NCBI GenBank assembly: GCA_032718475.1
Contig: JAUCBJ010007417.1
Location: 36,373-100,372 of the forward strand
Direction of reading: 5' to 3'
Source: Nemertoderma westbladi
Taxonomy: Eukaryota > Animalia > Xenacoelomorpha
DNA: 64,000 nucleotides
A model generated the notes under the pieces. The model was not told where the DNA came from. It did no database searches and saw only the letters and a list, made by a program, of their open reading frames with translations. The first letter of the stretch is position 1, and each line of letters opens with the position of its first letter. Shown in pieces: positions 1 to 10,442 of this stretch. A program made the position numbers and the translations under genes.

Positions 1-18
1 ACAAATCTAAAGGACTAC

Positions 19-2366
19 TTGCAAATAAACAAAGAGGGAACAATTTTCATTCAAATAAATAGCCGTAGTCTAGTTAAAAATATAAACGAACTTCGTCACG
101 CCTTGGTGGGATCCAAAAATGCCATCGTTTCTGTTACAGAAACGTGGCTAAAACGTAATATCCACGATAGTGTAGTAGCAATTCCTGGGTATGTACTACA
201 TCGACGGGATCGAAAATCTAAGAAAGGCGGGGCGGGGGGGTTCTAATTTATGTACCAATAGGAATAAATAATACAGGACGGCAGGACATAAAATCAAACA
301 ATAAACTGGAGTCAATATGGGTGGAAATAGACAATTACTTAGTATGTACTATATACAATCCTCCAAGAGCTAATAAAGAATTTTTCAAGCAGTTTTCCGA
401 AGAGCTAGAAAATGCACTAATGTTAGAACCTAGCAAGAGGATTTTAGTACAAGGCGACTTTAATATAAATATACTTAAAACAGAAAAAAATCCCAAAAAG
501 CAATTACTAAACGATCTACTTAATCAATATAACATTTCAATATTAAATACAAAGACTCCGACTCGAATAGCAAAAAACTCCGAATCGCTCATAGATTTAT
601 TACCGGTACTATCAAACATTGACAACAATAAAATTAAAGCGTGCCTTACGATTCCATGTATATTTTCTGATCATGACTACACAATAATTAAAATAAACCA
701 AAAATGCAGATCATCGGCAGGGCAACAAAAAGTATGGGTACAGTACCGTGACTACTCAAAATTTGATAAAAATAAATTCCGGGCTGACTATCAAAACTCG
801 ATATGGGACCACATTTATAATGAATCAGATATCAATAAACAATTCGAAATTTTTGAAAGTCAAATTGAAACAGTTTTAGATCGTTTTGCCCCATACAAAC
901 GGAAACTTCAACTCACAGAAAAAGAGCACCATCAATTTACAGCGGATAATAATTGGTCGACAGAAAAATTAGAGGAACTACGTAAAAATAAATATTCTAA
1001 ATTTTTACAGTGGCGGAAAACAAAATTGGAATTGGACTATAAAGAATATAAATTATTAAGGAACAAGTTTAACACACTAAACAGCAATCTGAAAAATAAA
1101 TACATTAAATCAAAATTCGCTGAGGCCTCAAATAGCAAAACACGTTGGCAAATAATAAACAAAATCCTGAACAGAAATAAAAACTTACGAAATATATGCA
1201 GCTAAACACATCTTGGAAAACTAATAACTGAAAAGAAACAAATTGTAGATATTTTGAACAGCACGTATATAAATATAGGAAATTTCTATAAGGACGCGCC
1301 AATATCAAGTCAAGGCAACAATAAATTAAATGTCAAAGACGTTCACAAATTTTCATTTACGGGGGTAACAGAACTCGAAGTTTTTGAAATAATTAATAAA
1401 CTAAATAAAAATAAATCTAGTGGGCCTTCGAACATACCAACAGAAATATTTAAACAGTTAAAAGCCGACATAGTTATTCCGCTAACATACATATTAAATC
1501 AGTGCCTAACGAAATCAAAATTTCCAGATAAACTGAAAATAGTCAACATAACACCAATTTATAAAAAAGGCGATGCTCTTGACCCAGAGAATTATAGACC
1601 AGTAGCTGTAACATCACCAATTGCGAAGGTATTTGAAAAAATAATGTTTAATCAGATGCATAGATATATAAATCACAATAAAATATTATACAAAAAACAA
1701 TTTGGATTCAGGAATGGTTACTCCACTATCGATGCAATTACATACCTAACAGAAAAGTGGCGGGAGAATTTGAACAAAGGTGAATATATAGCGGTGGCAT
1801 TTTTGGATCTCAGCAAGGCATTTAATTCCATAAATAGACAACTTTTAATAGATAGACTATCAACTATAGGGTTTCACACCACAGCAACATCGCTCATACA
1901 AAATTATTTACATAACCGGAAACAAAGGGTAAGCATGGGTCAAACAAAATCCGATTGGTTAGTAGAAACCAGGGGAGTACCACAAGGAACTATTTTGGGC
2001 AGCCTACTATTCACACTATATATAAATGACATTCACCACGCCACACAAAATACAACGGACATATTGCAATACGCAGACGACACAGTATTATATACAACAC
2101 ATAAGGACCCCGTAGAGGCAACAAAAATACTAAAAGCTGAAATTGACACAATAAATAAAACGTTTCAAGATCACCATTTAAAATTAAACCCTTCAAAAAC
2201 TGAATTTTTACTCTTATCACCAAAACAACAACAAACAAATATCACGAATACTCATACACAAATTCATCTTCACGTGGGGCAGGCAGATCCAATAGACCAA
2301 TCACTATCAGTTAAATATTTAGGTGTACAAATAGATAACCAATTGCAATGGAAAGAATATAAATAA
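19..2366 (+). pseudogene. LINE ORF2 (endonuclease + reverse transcriptase), broken by frameshifts near 240, 1200 and 2366
   Basis: ORFs 19-246, 321-1205 and 1254-2366 give consecutive parts of one APE-RT protein as separate ORFs. Confidence 0.88.
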
Positions 2367-2594
2367 AATGACTCAAAATATGGCACTAAGTATATCAACC
2401 CTACGTAGTATAAAAGGACAGCTAACAAACACAACAAAACTGCAAATCTATAAATCACTCACATTATTAAAGCACAAATCCCTTTGCTGTCAGCCTTACG
2501 CGAATATGTCGGACTACAATTTCTATATAAATACATTAACAACATAACACAACCGTTCTCAACTCTCGACCTACCATTCCTAAATCGAGCAGAC

Positions 2595-3940
2595 GGATCT
2601 AGGACACTTCCCCCCCGGACACTTCCCCCCCGGACACTTCCCCCCCGCCCAAGTAGGACACTTCCCCCCCGGACACTTCCCCCCCGGACACTTGCCCCCC
2701 GGACACTTCCCCCCCAGTTAAAGTGTTAAAATTAATCTGGGTGCATCAAAGCAATAAACAAAAGTTAAAGATGGTTACAGGACAAGTTGTATCTAGACAA
2801 GTTTTTTGAAAATTATAAAAGAAACATTTTTTAGTCAAATTTTGTTTGTTTTTCTTTTAATTCCTTTAATTCTTTAAATTTCTTTTAATTGGGGGCTGCC
2901 GCCGCCAAACCCCCGCTTCTTTTGTTGGGAGCTACCGCCCCCAAACCCCCGCTTCTTTTGTTGGGAGCTACCGCCCCCAAACCCCCGCTTATTTTCTTGG
3001 GGGCTGCCGCCCCCAAACCCCCGCTTCCTTTGTTGGGAGCTACCGCCCCCAAACCCCCGCTTATTTTCTTGGGGGCTGCCGCCCCCAAACCCCCGCTTCT
3101 TTTCTTGGGGGTTATCGCCCCCAGACCGCGGCATTTCCCTGAGTGCCCGTGGTGAAAGACTTAAGACCACTTTAAAATAATTAATTCATGTTTGTATCAT
3201 TAGATAATAAATTGACTAAGCCTAAAGTAGGAGCTGTATTGAATGTTAACCAATTTAATATATAAATTACTACAATATTATATAATTCAACAAAATCCTA
3301 TTAAAAATATTGCAAGTAACCAGGAAATTTAATATGTAGTGTGTATAATATCTATATACAGTAGTATGTATAGTAGTAATACGTATACCAATATGTAATG
3401 CTGAACACAGAATACAGGTCGACGCATGTCGATTTTACCCTGGAGAGGTATAATTTTGATTGCAACAATAATATTAATCCCCATCTGCTACAATTTGAAG
3501 AATACTATTACATAATAATACCTATAATTAAAACAATTAATTATTATAATTCTATAGTTAATAAAAACAGTATATCATTCCGGGGATGGAATTTATAGGT
3601 CATCTAATATAATTAATTGTTTAAAGATTAGTAAACAATACGATGTAATTGCATTGATAAAACCCATAAATAAAACTTGGATATAAAATGTAAAATCGGG
3701 ATGCAAAAGATCACTTTCTGAGCTACGAATGGAAAATTGGATACAAATTATCTGGATACAAGCGGTCCGTTTACCTTACAAAATGAAAAATACGAATGTG
3801 CGAAGTTAAGAACAGTCGGGGGGGAAGTGTCCGCGGGGGGGAAGTGTCTGGGGGGGAAGTGTCCGGGGGGGAAGTGTCCTACTTGAGCGGGGGGGAACTG
3901 TCCGGGGGGGAAGTGTCCGGGGGGGAAGTGTCCGAACACC
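2595..3940. mobile_element. Non-autonomous DNA transposon (MITE/foldback-like; Mutator- or hAT-type target duplication) nested in the LINE
   Basis: Left end has tandem GGACACTTCCCCCCC units (2602-2716) and right end has the inverted GGGGGGGAAGTGTCC units (~3818-3933). Direct repeat (C)GAGCAGAC at 2586-2594 and 3940-3948 is an 8-9 bp TSD. Removing the insert rejoins the LINE peptide LPFLNRAD/IKINPRTNN. Confidence 0.85.
2889..3123. repeat. GC-rich ~39-bp minisatellite (about 6 copies) inside the TIR element
   Basis: Repeated TTGGG(G/A)GCT(G/A)CCGCCCCCAAACCCCCGCTT unit. Confidence 0.85.
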
Positions 3941-4520
3941 GAGCAGACATAAAAATAAATCCACGCACTAACAACATAAACATTCCACACACAAAAAACA
4001 GATACGGGCACGAAAGTATTACAGTAAATCTTATTAATTTATGGAACACATTACCGGTTCACGTGACAAGTTCAAAATCACTCCAAATTTTTAAAAATCT
4101 ATTGAAAAAAATATTCCATGTAAAATTTGAGCGGAGCGAGGTGACATAATTAGTAATATATAATAAAATGAACACGAACCGCAAAATAAACACAAAAGTC
4201 AAAATATAAAAAACCTGCACCCCCAACAAATGAATGTTTAATAACAAACTATCTTTAACAATTACCTACCTATTGATTACGTTTATTGTGCTGTGTATAG
4301 AGTACTACCGTTTAGTTAGGAATTATTAGATACAGTAGCTTATATGTATATTTAGTTAGAAACATGCATCATAGATACATGCCGCCCTGTGACACTTATT
4401 CAGTCAATTATCAGTAGGTACCTCGTGTACAAACTGCCTCATGTATGTTTTGTTGCATAATGAGTTTTACTGAATAAAAGAGTTGAATGAATGAATGAAT
4501 GAATGAATGAATGAATGAAA

Positions 4521-7500
4521 GTACCCCTTAGTACATCCGTTATTGTTGCAGGTCAGACAGGGTGCGGTAAGACCACCCAAGTACCCCTTAGTACATCCGT
4601 TATTGTTGCAGGTCAGACAGGGTGCGGTAAGACCACCCAAGTACCCCTTAGTACATCCGTTATTGTTGCAGGTCAGACAGGGTGCGGTAAGACCACCCAG
4701 GTACCCCAGTATACCTGTTATTGTTGCAGGTCAGACAAGGTGTGGTAAGACCACCCAGGTACCCCCCAGGACATCCGATATTGTTGCAGGTCAGACAGGG
4801 TGTGGTAAGACCACCCAGGTACCCCCCAGTACATCCGTTATTGTTGCAGGTCAGACAGGGTGCGGTAATATCACCCAAGTACCCCTTAGTACATCCGTTA
4901 TTGTTGCAGGTCAGACAGGGTGCGGTAAGACCACCCAGGTACCCCATTACACCTGTTATTGTTGCAGGTCAGACAAGGTGCGGTAAGACCACCCAGGTAC
5001 CCCCCAGTACATCCGATATTGTTGCAGGTCAGACAGGGTGCGGTAAGACCACCCAAGTACCCCTTAGTACATCCGTTATTGTTGCAGGTCAGACAGGGTG
5101 TGGTAAGAAGACCACCCAAGTACCCCTTAGTACATCCGTTATTGTTGCAGGTCAGACAGGGTGCGGTAAGACCACCCAGGTACCCCTTAGTACATCCGTT
5201 ATTGTTGCAGGTCAGGCAGGGTGCGGTAAGACCACCCAGGTACCCCCCAGTACATCCGATATTGTTGCAGGTCAGACAGGGTGCGGTAAGACCACCCAAG
5301 TACCCCTTAGTACATCCGTTATTGTTGCAGGTCAGACAGGGTGCGGTAAGACCACCCAGGTACCCCAGTACATCCGTTATTGTTGCAGGTCAGACAGGGT
5401 GTGGTAAGAAGACCACTCAAGTACCCCTTAGTACATCCGTTATTGTTGCAGGTCAGACAGGGTGCGGTAAGACCACCCAGGTACCCCCCAGTACATCCGA
5501 TATTGTTGCAGGTCAGACAGGGTGCGGTAAGACCACCCAAGTACCCCTTAGTACATCCGTTATTGTTGCAGGTCAGACAGGGTGCGGTAAGACCACCCAG
5601 GTACCCCCCCAGTACATCCGATATTGTTGCAGGTCAGACAGGGTGCGGTAAGACCACCCAAGTACCCCTTAGTACATCCGTTATTGTTGCAGGTCAGACA
5701 GGGTGCGGTAAGACCACCCAGGTACCCCCCAGTACATCCGATATTGTTGCAGGTCAGACAGGGTGCGGTAAGACCACCCAGGTACCCCCCAGTACATCCG
5801 TTTTTGTTGCAGGTCAGACAGGGTGCGGTAAGACCACCCAGGTACCCCAGTACATCCGTTATTGTTGCAGGTCAGACAGGGTGTGGTAAGAAGACCACCC
5901 AAGTACCCCTTAGTACATCCGTTATTGTTGCAGGTCAGACAGGGTGCGGTAAGACCACCCAGGTACCCCCCCAGTACATTCGTTTTTGTTGCAGGTCAGA
6001 CAGGGTGCGGTAAGACCACCCAAGTACCCCTTAGTACATCCGTTATTGTTGCAGGTCAGACAGGGTGCGGTAAGACCACCCAGGTACCCCCCAGTACATC
6101 CGTTTTTGTTGCAGGTCAGACAGGGTGCGGTAAGACCACCCAAGTACCCCTTAGTACATCCGTTATTGTTGCAGGTCAGACAGGGTGCGGTAAGACCACC
6201 CAAGTACCCCTTAGTACATCCGTTATTGTTGCAGGTCAGACAGGGTGCGGTAAGACCACCCAGGTACCCCCCAGTACATCCGTTTTTGTTGCAGGTCAGA
6301 CAGGGTGCGGTAAGACCACCCAGGTACCCCTTAGTACATCCGTTATTGTTGCAGGTCAGACAGGGTGCGGTAAGACCACCCAGGTACCCCCCAGTACATC
6401 CGATATTGTTGCAGGTCAGACAGGGTGCGGTAAGACCACCCAGGTACCCCCCAGTACATCCGTTTTTGTTGCAGGTCAGACAGGGTGCGGTAAGACCACC
6501 CAGGTACCCCAGTACATCCGTTATTGTTGCAGGTCAGACAGGGTGTGGTAAGAAGACCACCCAAGTACCCCTTAGTACATCCGTTATTGTTGCAGGTCAG
6601 ACAGGGTGCGGTAAGACCACCCAGGTACCCCCCCAGTACATTCGTTTTTGTTGCAGGTCAGACAGGGTGCGGTAAGACCACCCAAGTACCCCTTAGTACA
6701 TCCGTTATTGTTGCAGGTCAGACAGGGTGCGGTAAGACCACCCAGGTACCCCCCAGTACATCCGTTTTTGTTGCAGGTCAGACAGGGTGCGGTAAGACCA
6801 CCCAAGTACCCCTTAGTACATCCGTTATTGTTGCAGGTCAGACAGGGTGCGGTAAGACCACCCAAGTACCCCTTAGTACATCCGTTATTGTTGCAGGTCA
6901 GACAGGGTGCGGTAAGACCACCCAGGTACCCCCCAGTACATCCGTTTTTGTTGCAGGTCAGACAGGGTGCGGTAAGACCACCCAAGTACCCCTTAGTACA
7001 TCCGTTATTGTTGCAGGTCAGACAGGGTGCGGTAAGACCACCCAAGTACCCCTTAGTACATCCGTTATTGTTGCAGGTCAGACAGGGTGCGGTAAGTCCA
7101 CCCAGGTACCCCTTAGTACATCCGTTATTGTTGCAGGTCAGACAGGGTGCGGTAAGACCACCCAAGTACCCCTTAGTACATCCGTTATTGTTGCAGGTCA
7201 GACAGGGTGCGGTAAGACCACCCAGGTACCCCCCAGTACATCCGTTTTTGTTGCAGGTCAGACAGGGTGCGGTAAGACCACCCAAGTACCCCTTAGTACA
7301 TCCGTTATTGTTGCAGGTCAGACAGGGTGCGGTAAGACCACCCAAGTACCCCTTAGTACATCCGTTATTGTTGCAGGTCAGACAGGGTGCGGTAAGACCA
7401 CCCAGGTACCCCCCAGTACATCCGTTTTTGTTGCAGGTCAGACAGGGTGCGGTAAGACCACCCAAGTTCCCCTTAGTACATCCGTTATTGTTGCAGGTCA

Positions 7501-8080
7501 GACAGGGTGCGGTAAGACCACCCAAGTACCCCTTAGTACATCCGTTATTGTTGCAGGTCAGACAGGGTGCGGTAAGAAGACCACCCAAGTACCCCTTAGT
7601 ACATCCGTTATTGTTGCAGGTCAGACAGGGTGCGGTAAGACCACCCAGGTACCCCCAGTACATCCGATATTGTTGCAGGTCAGACAGGGTGCGGTAAGAC
7701 CACCCAAGTACCCCTTAGTACATCCGTTATTGTTGCAGGTCAGGCAGGGTGCGGTAAGACCACCCAGGTACCCCCCAGTACATCCGATATTGTTGCAGGT
7801 CAGACAGGGTGCGGTAAGACCACCCAAGTACCCCTCAGTACATCCGTTATTGTTGCAGGTCAGGCAGGGTGCGGTAAGACCACCCAGGTACCCCCAGTAC
7901 ATCCGTTATTGTTGCAGGTCAGACAGGGTGCGGTAAGAAGACCACCCAAGTACCCCTTAGTACATCCGTTATTGTTGCAGGTCAGACAGGGTGCGGTAAG
8001 ACCACCCAAGTACCCCTTAGTACATCCGTTATTGTTGCAGGTCAGACAGGGTGCGGTAAGACCACCCAGGTACCCCAGTA
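4521..8080 (+). repeat. 60-bp tandem array (about 59 copies) made from the DHX9 Walker-A exon start and its acceptor-like AG|GT
   Basis: Unit GTACCCCTTAGTACATCCGTTATTGTTGCAGGTCAGACAGGGTGCGGTAAGACCACCCAA translates as [20 protein letters not shown]. The last copy runs directly into unique DHX9 coding sequence ([29 protein letters not shown]). Confidence 0.95.
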
Positions 8081-8495
8081 TATTCTCTCTCGGATGATCA
8101 GCCAAGGCAGGGCGGCTGACTGCAACATCGTGGTCACTCAACCACGACGGATTTCCGCGATTTCTGTTGCGGAACGCGTCGCAGCTGAACGAGGCGAGGA
8201 CATCGCTGATTCTGTCGGGTACTCGGTACGTTTCGAGTCCTACCTCCCACGGCCTCACGGCTCCGTAATGTTCTGCACCGTGGGCGTCCTCCTCAGGAAG
8301 CTTGAGTCCGGTCTCCGAGGAGTATCCCACGTAATTGTGGACGAGATCCACGAACGGGATTTGAACTCGGATTTTCTCCTCATTCTCCTTAAAGACATGG
8401 TCGCCAAGTATCCTGCTATGAGAGTGATTCTCATGAGCGCGACCATCGATACCTCCATGTTTAGCGATTACTTTGGCAATTGTCCAGTCATAGAG
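8041..8495 (+). CDS. DHX9: DHX9 / RNA helicase A (maleless) exon: RecA1 domain with motifs I, Ia, II, III
   Basis: (G)[15 protein letters not shown]...[16 protein letters not shown]...GYSVRFES...[39 protein letters not shown]...LMSATIDT. Acceptor TTGCAG at 8040 (phase 1, inferred as the last repeat copy); donor GAG|GTTTG at 8495/8496. Confidence 0.92.
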
Positions 8496-8699
8496 GTTTG
8501 TTTTTATATTATATCGTTCTTCCGTTCGTACTTTTAATACAAATATTGCATTCCATTTGGGAGACGTGATAATTTTGTTTTTTTTTTACAATAAAACTTT
8601 ACTTGAAAATTTAAATACTCTGTCTGTAGTATATATAACAACATGTTTATTGTGTTGAACTTTATACGTCGGTTGGGAATACTTTATGTGACTACCGGT

Positions 8700-10028
8700 T
8701 AGAGTTGTAACTGAGACCTGTTTTTCTTAATCCCGGTGTACCAGAGACCTACCCAGAGAATTATTTTGAAAAATACCGGAGACCAGAGCCGGAGATCAGA
8801 GACTTTGTTTATTTTTGTACTTACAATTTGATTACTCCCCTATAGCACAAACAGGTACATACGGCCTTAGAACTATTTTTCTATGGTTGAATTACAGTAA
8901 AGTAAATCCAACCCATTTCAACCTCTACTTACTTACCCATTGTAAGAAAATAAGCGCACGTACAGTTTTGGGGGCTTAATTAATATTAATTTGGTTATTT
9001 GTTTATTAATTCGTTCTTATTTTGTTACTACTACTACTACTACTACTTATGTTATCGTCTATTATCTATTATCTATTATCTTATGATGTTATCATCTATT
9101 TTGTTATTGTTAATAATATGTTACATAAATTTGTTTTGCGCCATAGGTACCGGTACTTTGTTAATTAAACTAAAGGCACTTATTTTACAATTGTTCAAAT
9201 CATATACATTTCAATGTACTATAAACTTAGTCATTTACGAATACTTAGTGCACCCAGGTATAGTGCTCTACTCGCCCCATTTACAAGCCTCGTTACGCTC
9301 GTTCTCTCCATTTGGTCGTCATATTATCTATCCAATAACAAATTGAATGGAGATCAGCCCTTTCTTTCACTTTTAAACTTTGAGTGCTCAAATTAAGCGC
9401 CCGTATCCTTAAAGAAGAACCATCTTTAGGTGCTAATTTAACTTAAAATTAAACGCACCTTAAATTAATTAAATAGAAGATTATCGGTACATTTATTAGA
9501 AATATAAATAGTGTAAAAGTAAATATATATAATTGTGTTGAATTGGTATATGAAAAATAGTTAAAAATGAAAGAAATAATTGTAAAAAATTTGTGAAAAA
9601 TAATCATCATTTCACATTTTGTGTTGTACAGGATCTATTTTTAAATATCTATTTCTGTCAAATCACTTATCTCTGGGTAAAATGCCTGTTTCAATACCCG
9701 GGAACCAGAGAACTATCCGGAGACCGAAAAATAGCCCGGAGAATCCAGAGACAGAGATCAATGACAAGTCTCTGTTTCAACTCTACTACCGGTATATACT
9801 AGAGTTGAAACAGAGACCTGTTTTTCTTAATCCCGGTGAACCAGAGACCTACCCGGAGAATTATTTTGAAAAATACTGTAGACCACAGATCAGAGACTTT
9901 GCTTATTTTTCTACAATAATAATTGATTATAGCACAAACAAGTACCGGTACGTAATTATATTACGTATTATATAGAGTTGAAACAGAGACCTGTCACTGA
10001 TCAAAAACAGGTCTCTGTTTCAACTCTA
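8700..10028. mobile_element. Cluster of fragments of a small TIR family (terminus TAGAGTTGAAACAGAGACCTG) in a DHX9 intron
   Basis: Related pieces at ~8700-8830, ~9690-9785 and ~9800-9950, plus a perfect 21-bp inverted repeat at 9973-9993/10008-10028. Confidence 0.6.
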
Positions 10029-10428
10029 GTATTATATTATATAATTACTTAAATATTGTAACTATTTTCTATACTCCAACACATTCGACCCTTAAAACCC
10101 AATAACAATCGAAAAAATAATCGCTGAGTACAGTTTAGGTTATTGTAACATTAATTTGTTTTCAGTTTTCCTACATTTAGGTAATTTGTCTATAATAAAA
10201 AAAGGCATTTACCTTCCAATGTTTCTATAAACTTGGTCATTTACTACTCCGCTCGCCACCTTTACAAGCCTCATTGCGCTCGTATCACCATTTGTTCTCC
10301 GTAATATATAACCTACGCCTACAACAAGGTGAAAAGAACTCAACCTTTACTTTTCAACTTTGTGCTCAAATTAAGCACACTTATCCTTAAAATAAGAACC
10401 CCTGTAGGTGCTAAATTATCTTAATTAA
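9218..10428 (+). repeat. Two diverged copies of a ~200-250-bp dispersed repeat (~9218-9470 and ~10225-10428)
   Basis: Shared blocks CTATAAACTT(A/G)GTCATTTAC, TTTACAAGCCTC, GTGCTCAAATTAAGC and TAGGTGCTAA in the same order. Confidence 0.6.
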
Positions 10429-10442
10429 ATCGGGTTAAATCA

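Larger units (their letters stand above)
1..4519 (+). mobile_element. Non-LTR retrotransposon (LINE), L2/CR1 group, decayed; runs off the window 5' end and is interrupted by a TIR element at 2595-3940
   Basis: APE endonuclease motifs (VTETWL, IYNPP, QGDFN, SDH), RT motifs (NYRPV, QFGFR, FLDLSKAF, GVPQG, QYADD, KYLG), ORF2 C-terminal LWNTLP motif at ~4035-4055, AATAAA at 4473 and a (TGAA)n tail at 4484-4519. Short tandem tails of this type are characteristic of L2-clade LINEs. Confidence 0.88.

Noticed and set aside
2484-4011. Pro/Gly-rich short ORFs (RTLPP, GGEVS, GFGGGS repeats)
   Set aside because: Translations of the TIR element's terminal repeats and minisatellite.
4515-8097. Long ORFs encoding a poly-Walker-A protein
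   Set aside because: Frequent 58/59/61-bp units shift the frame; the ORFs are a by-product of a 60-nt unit. Only the last copy (or last few) can be in frame with DHX9.
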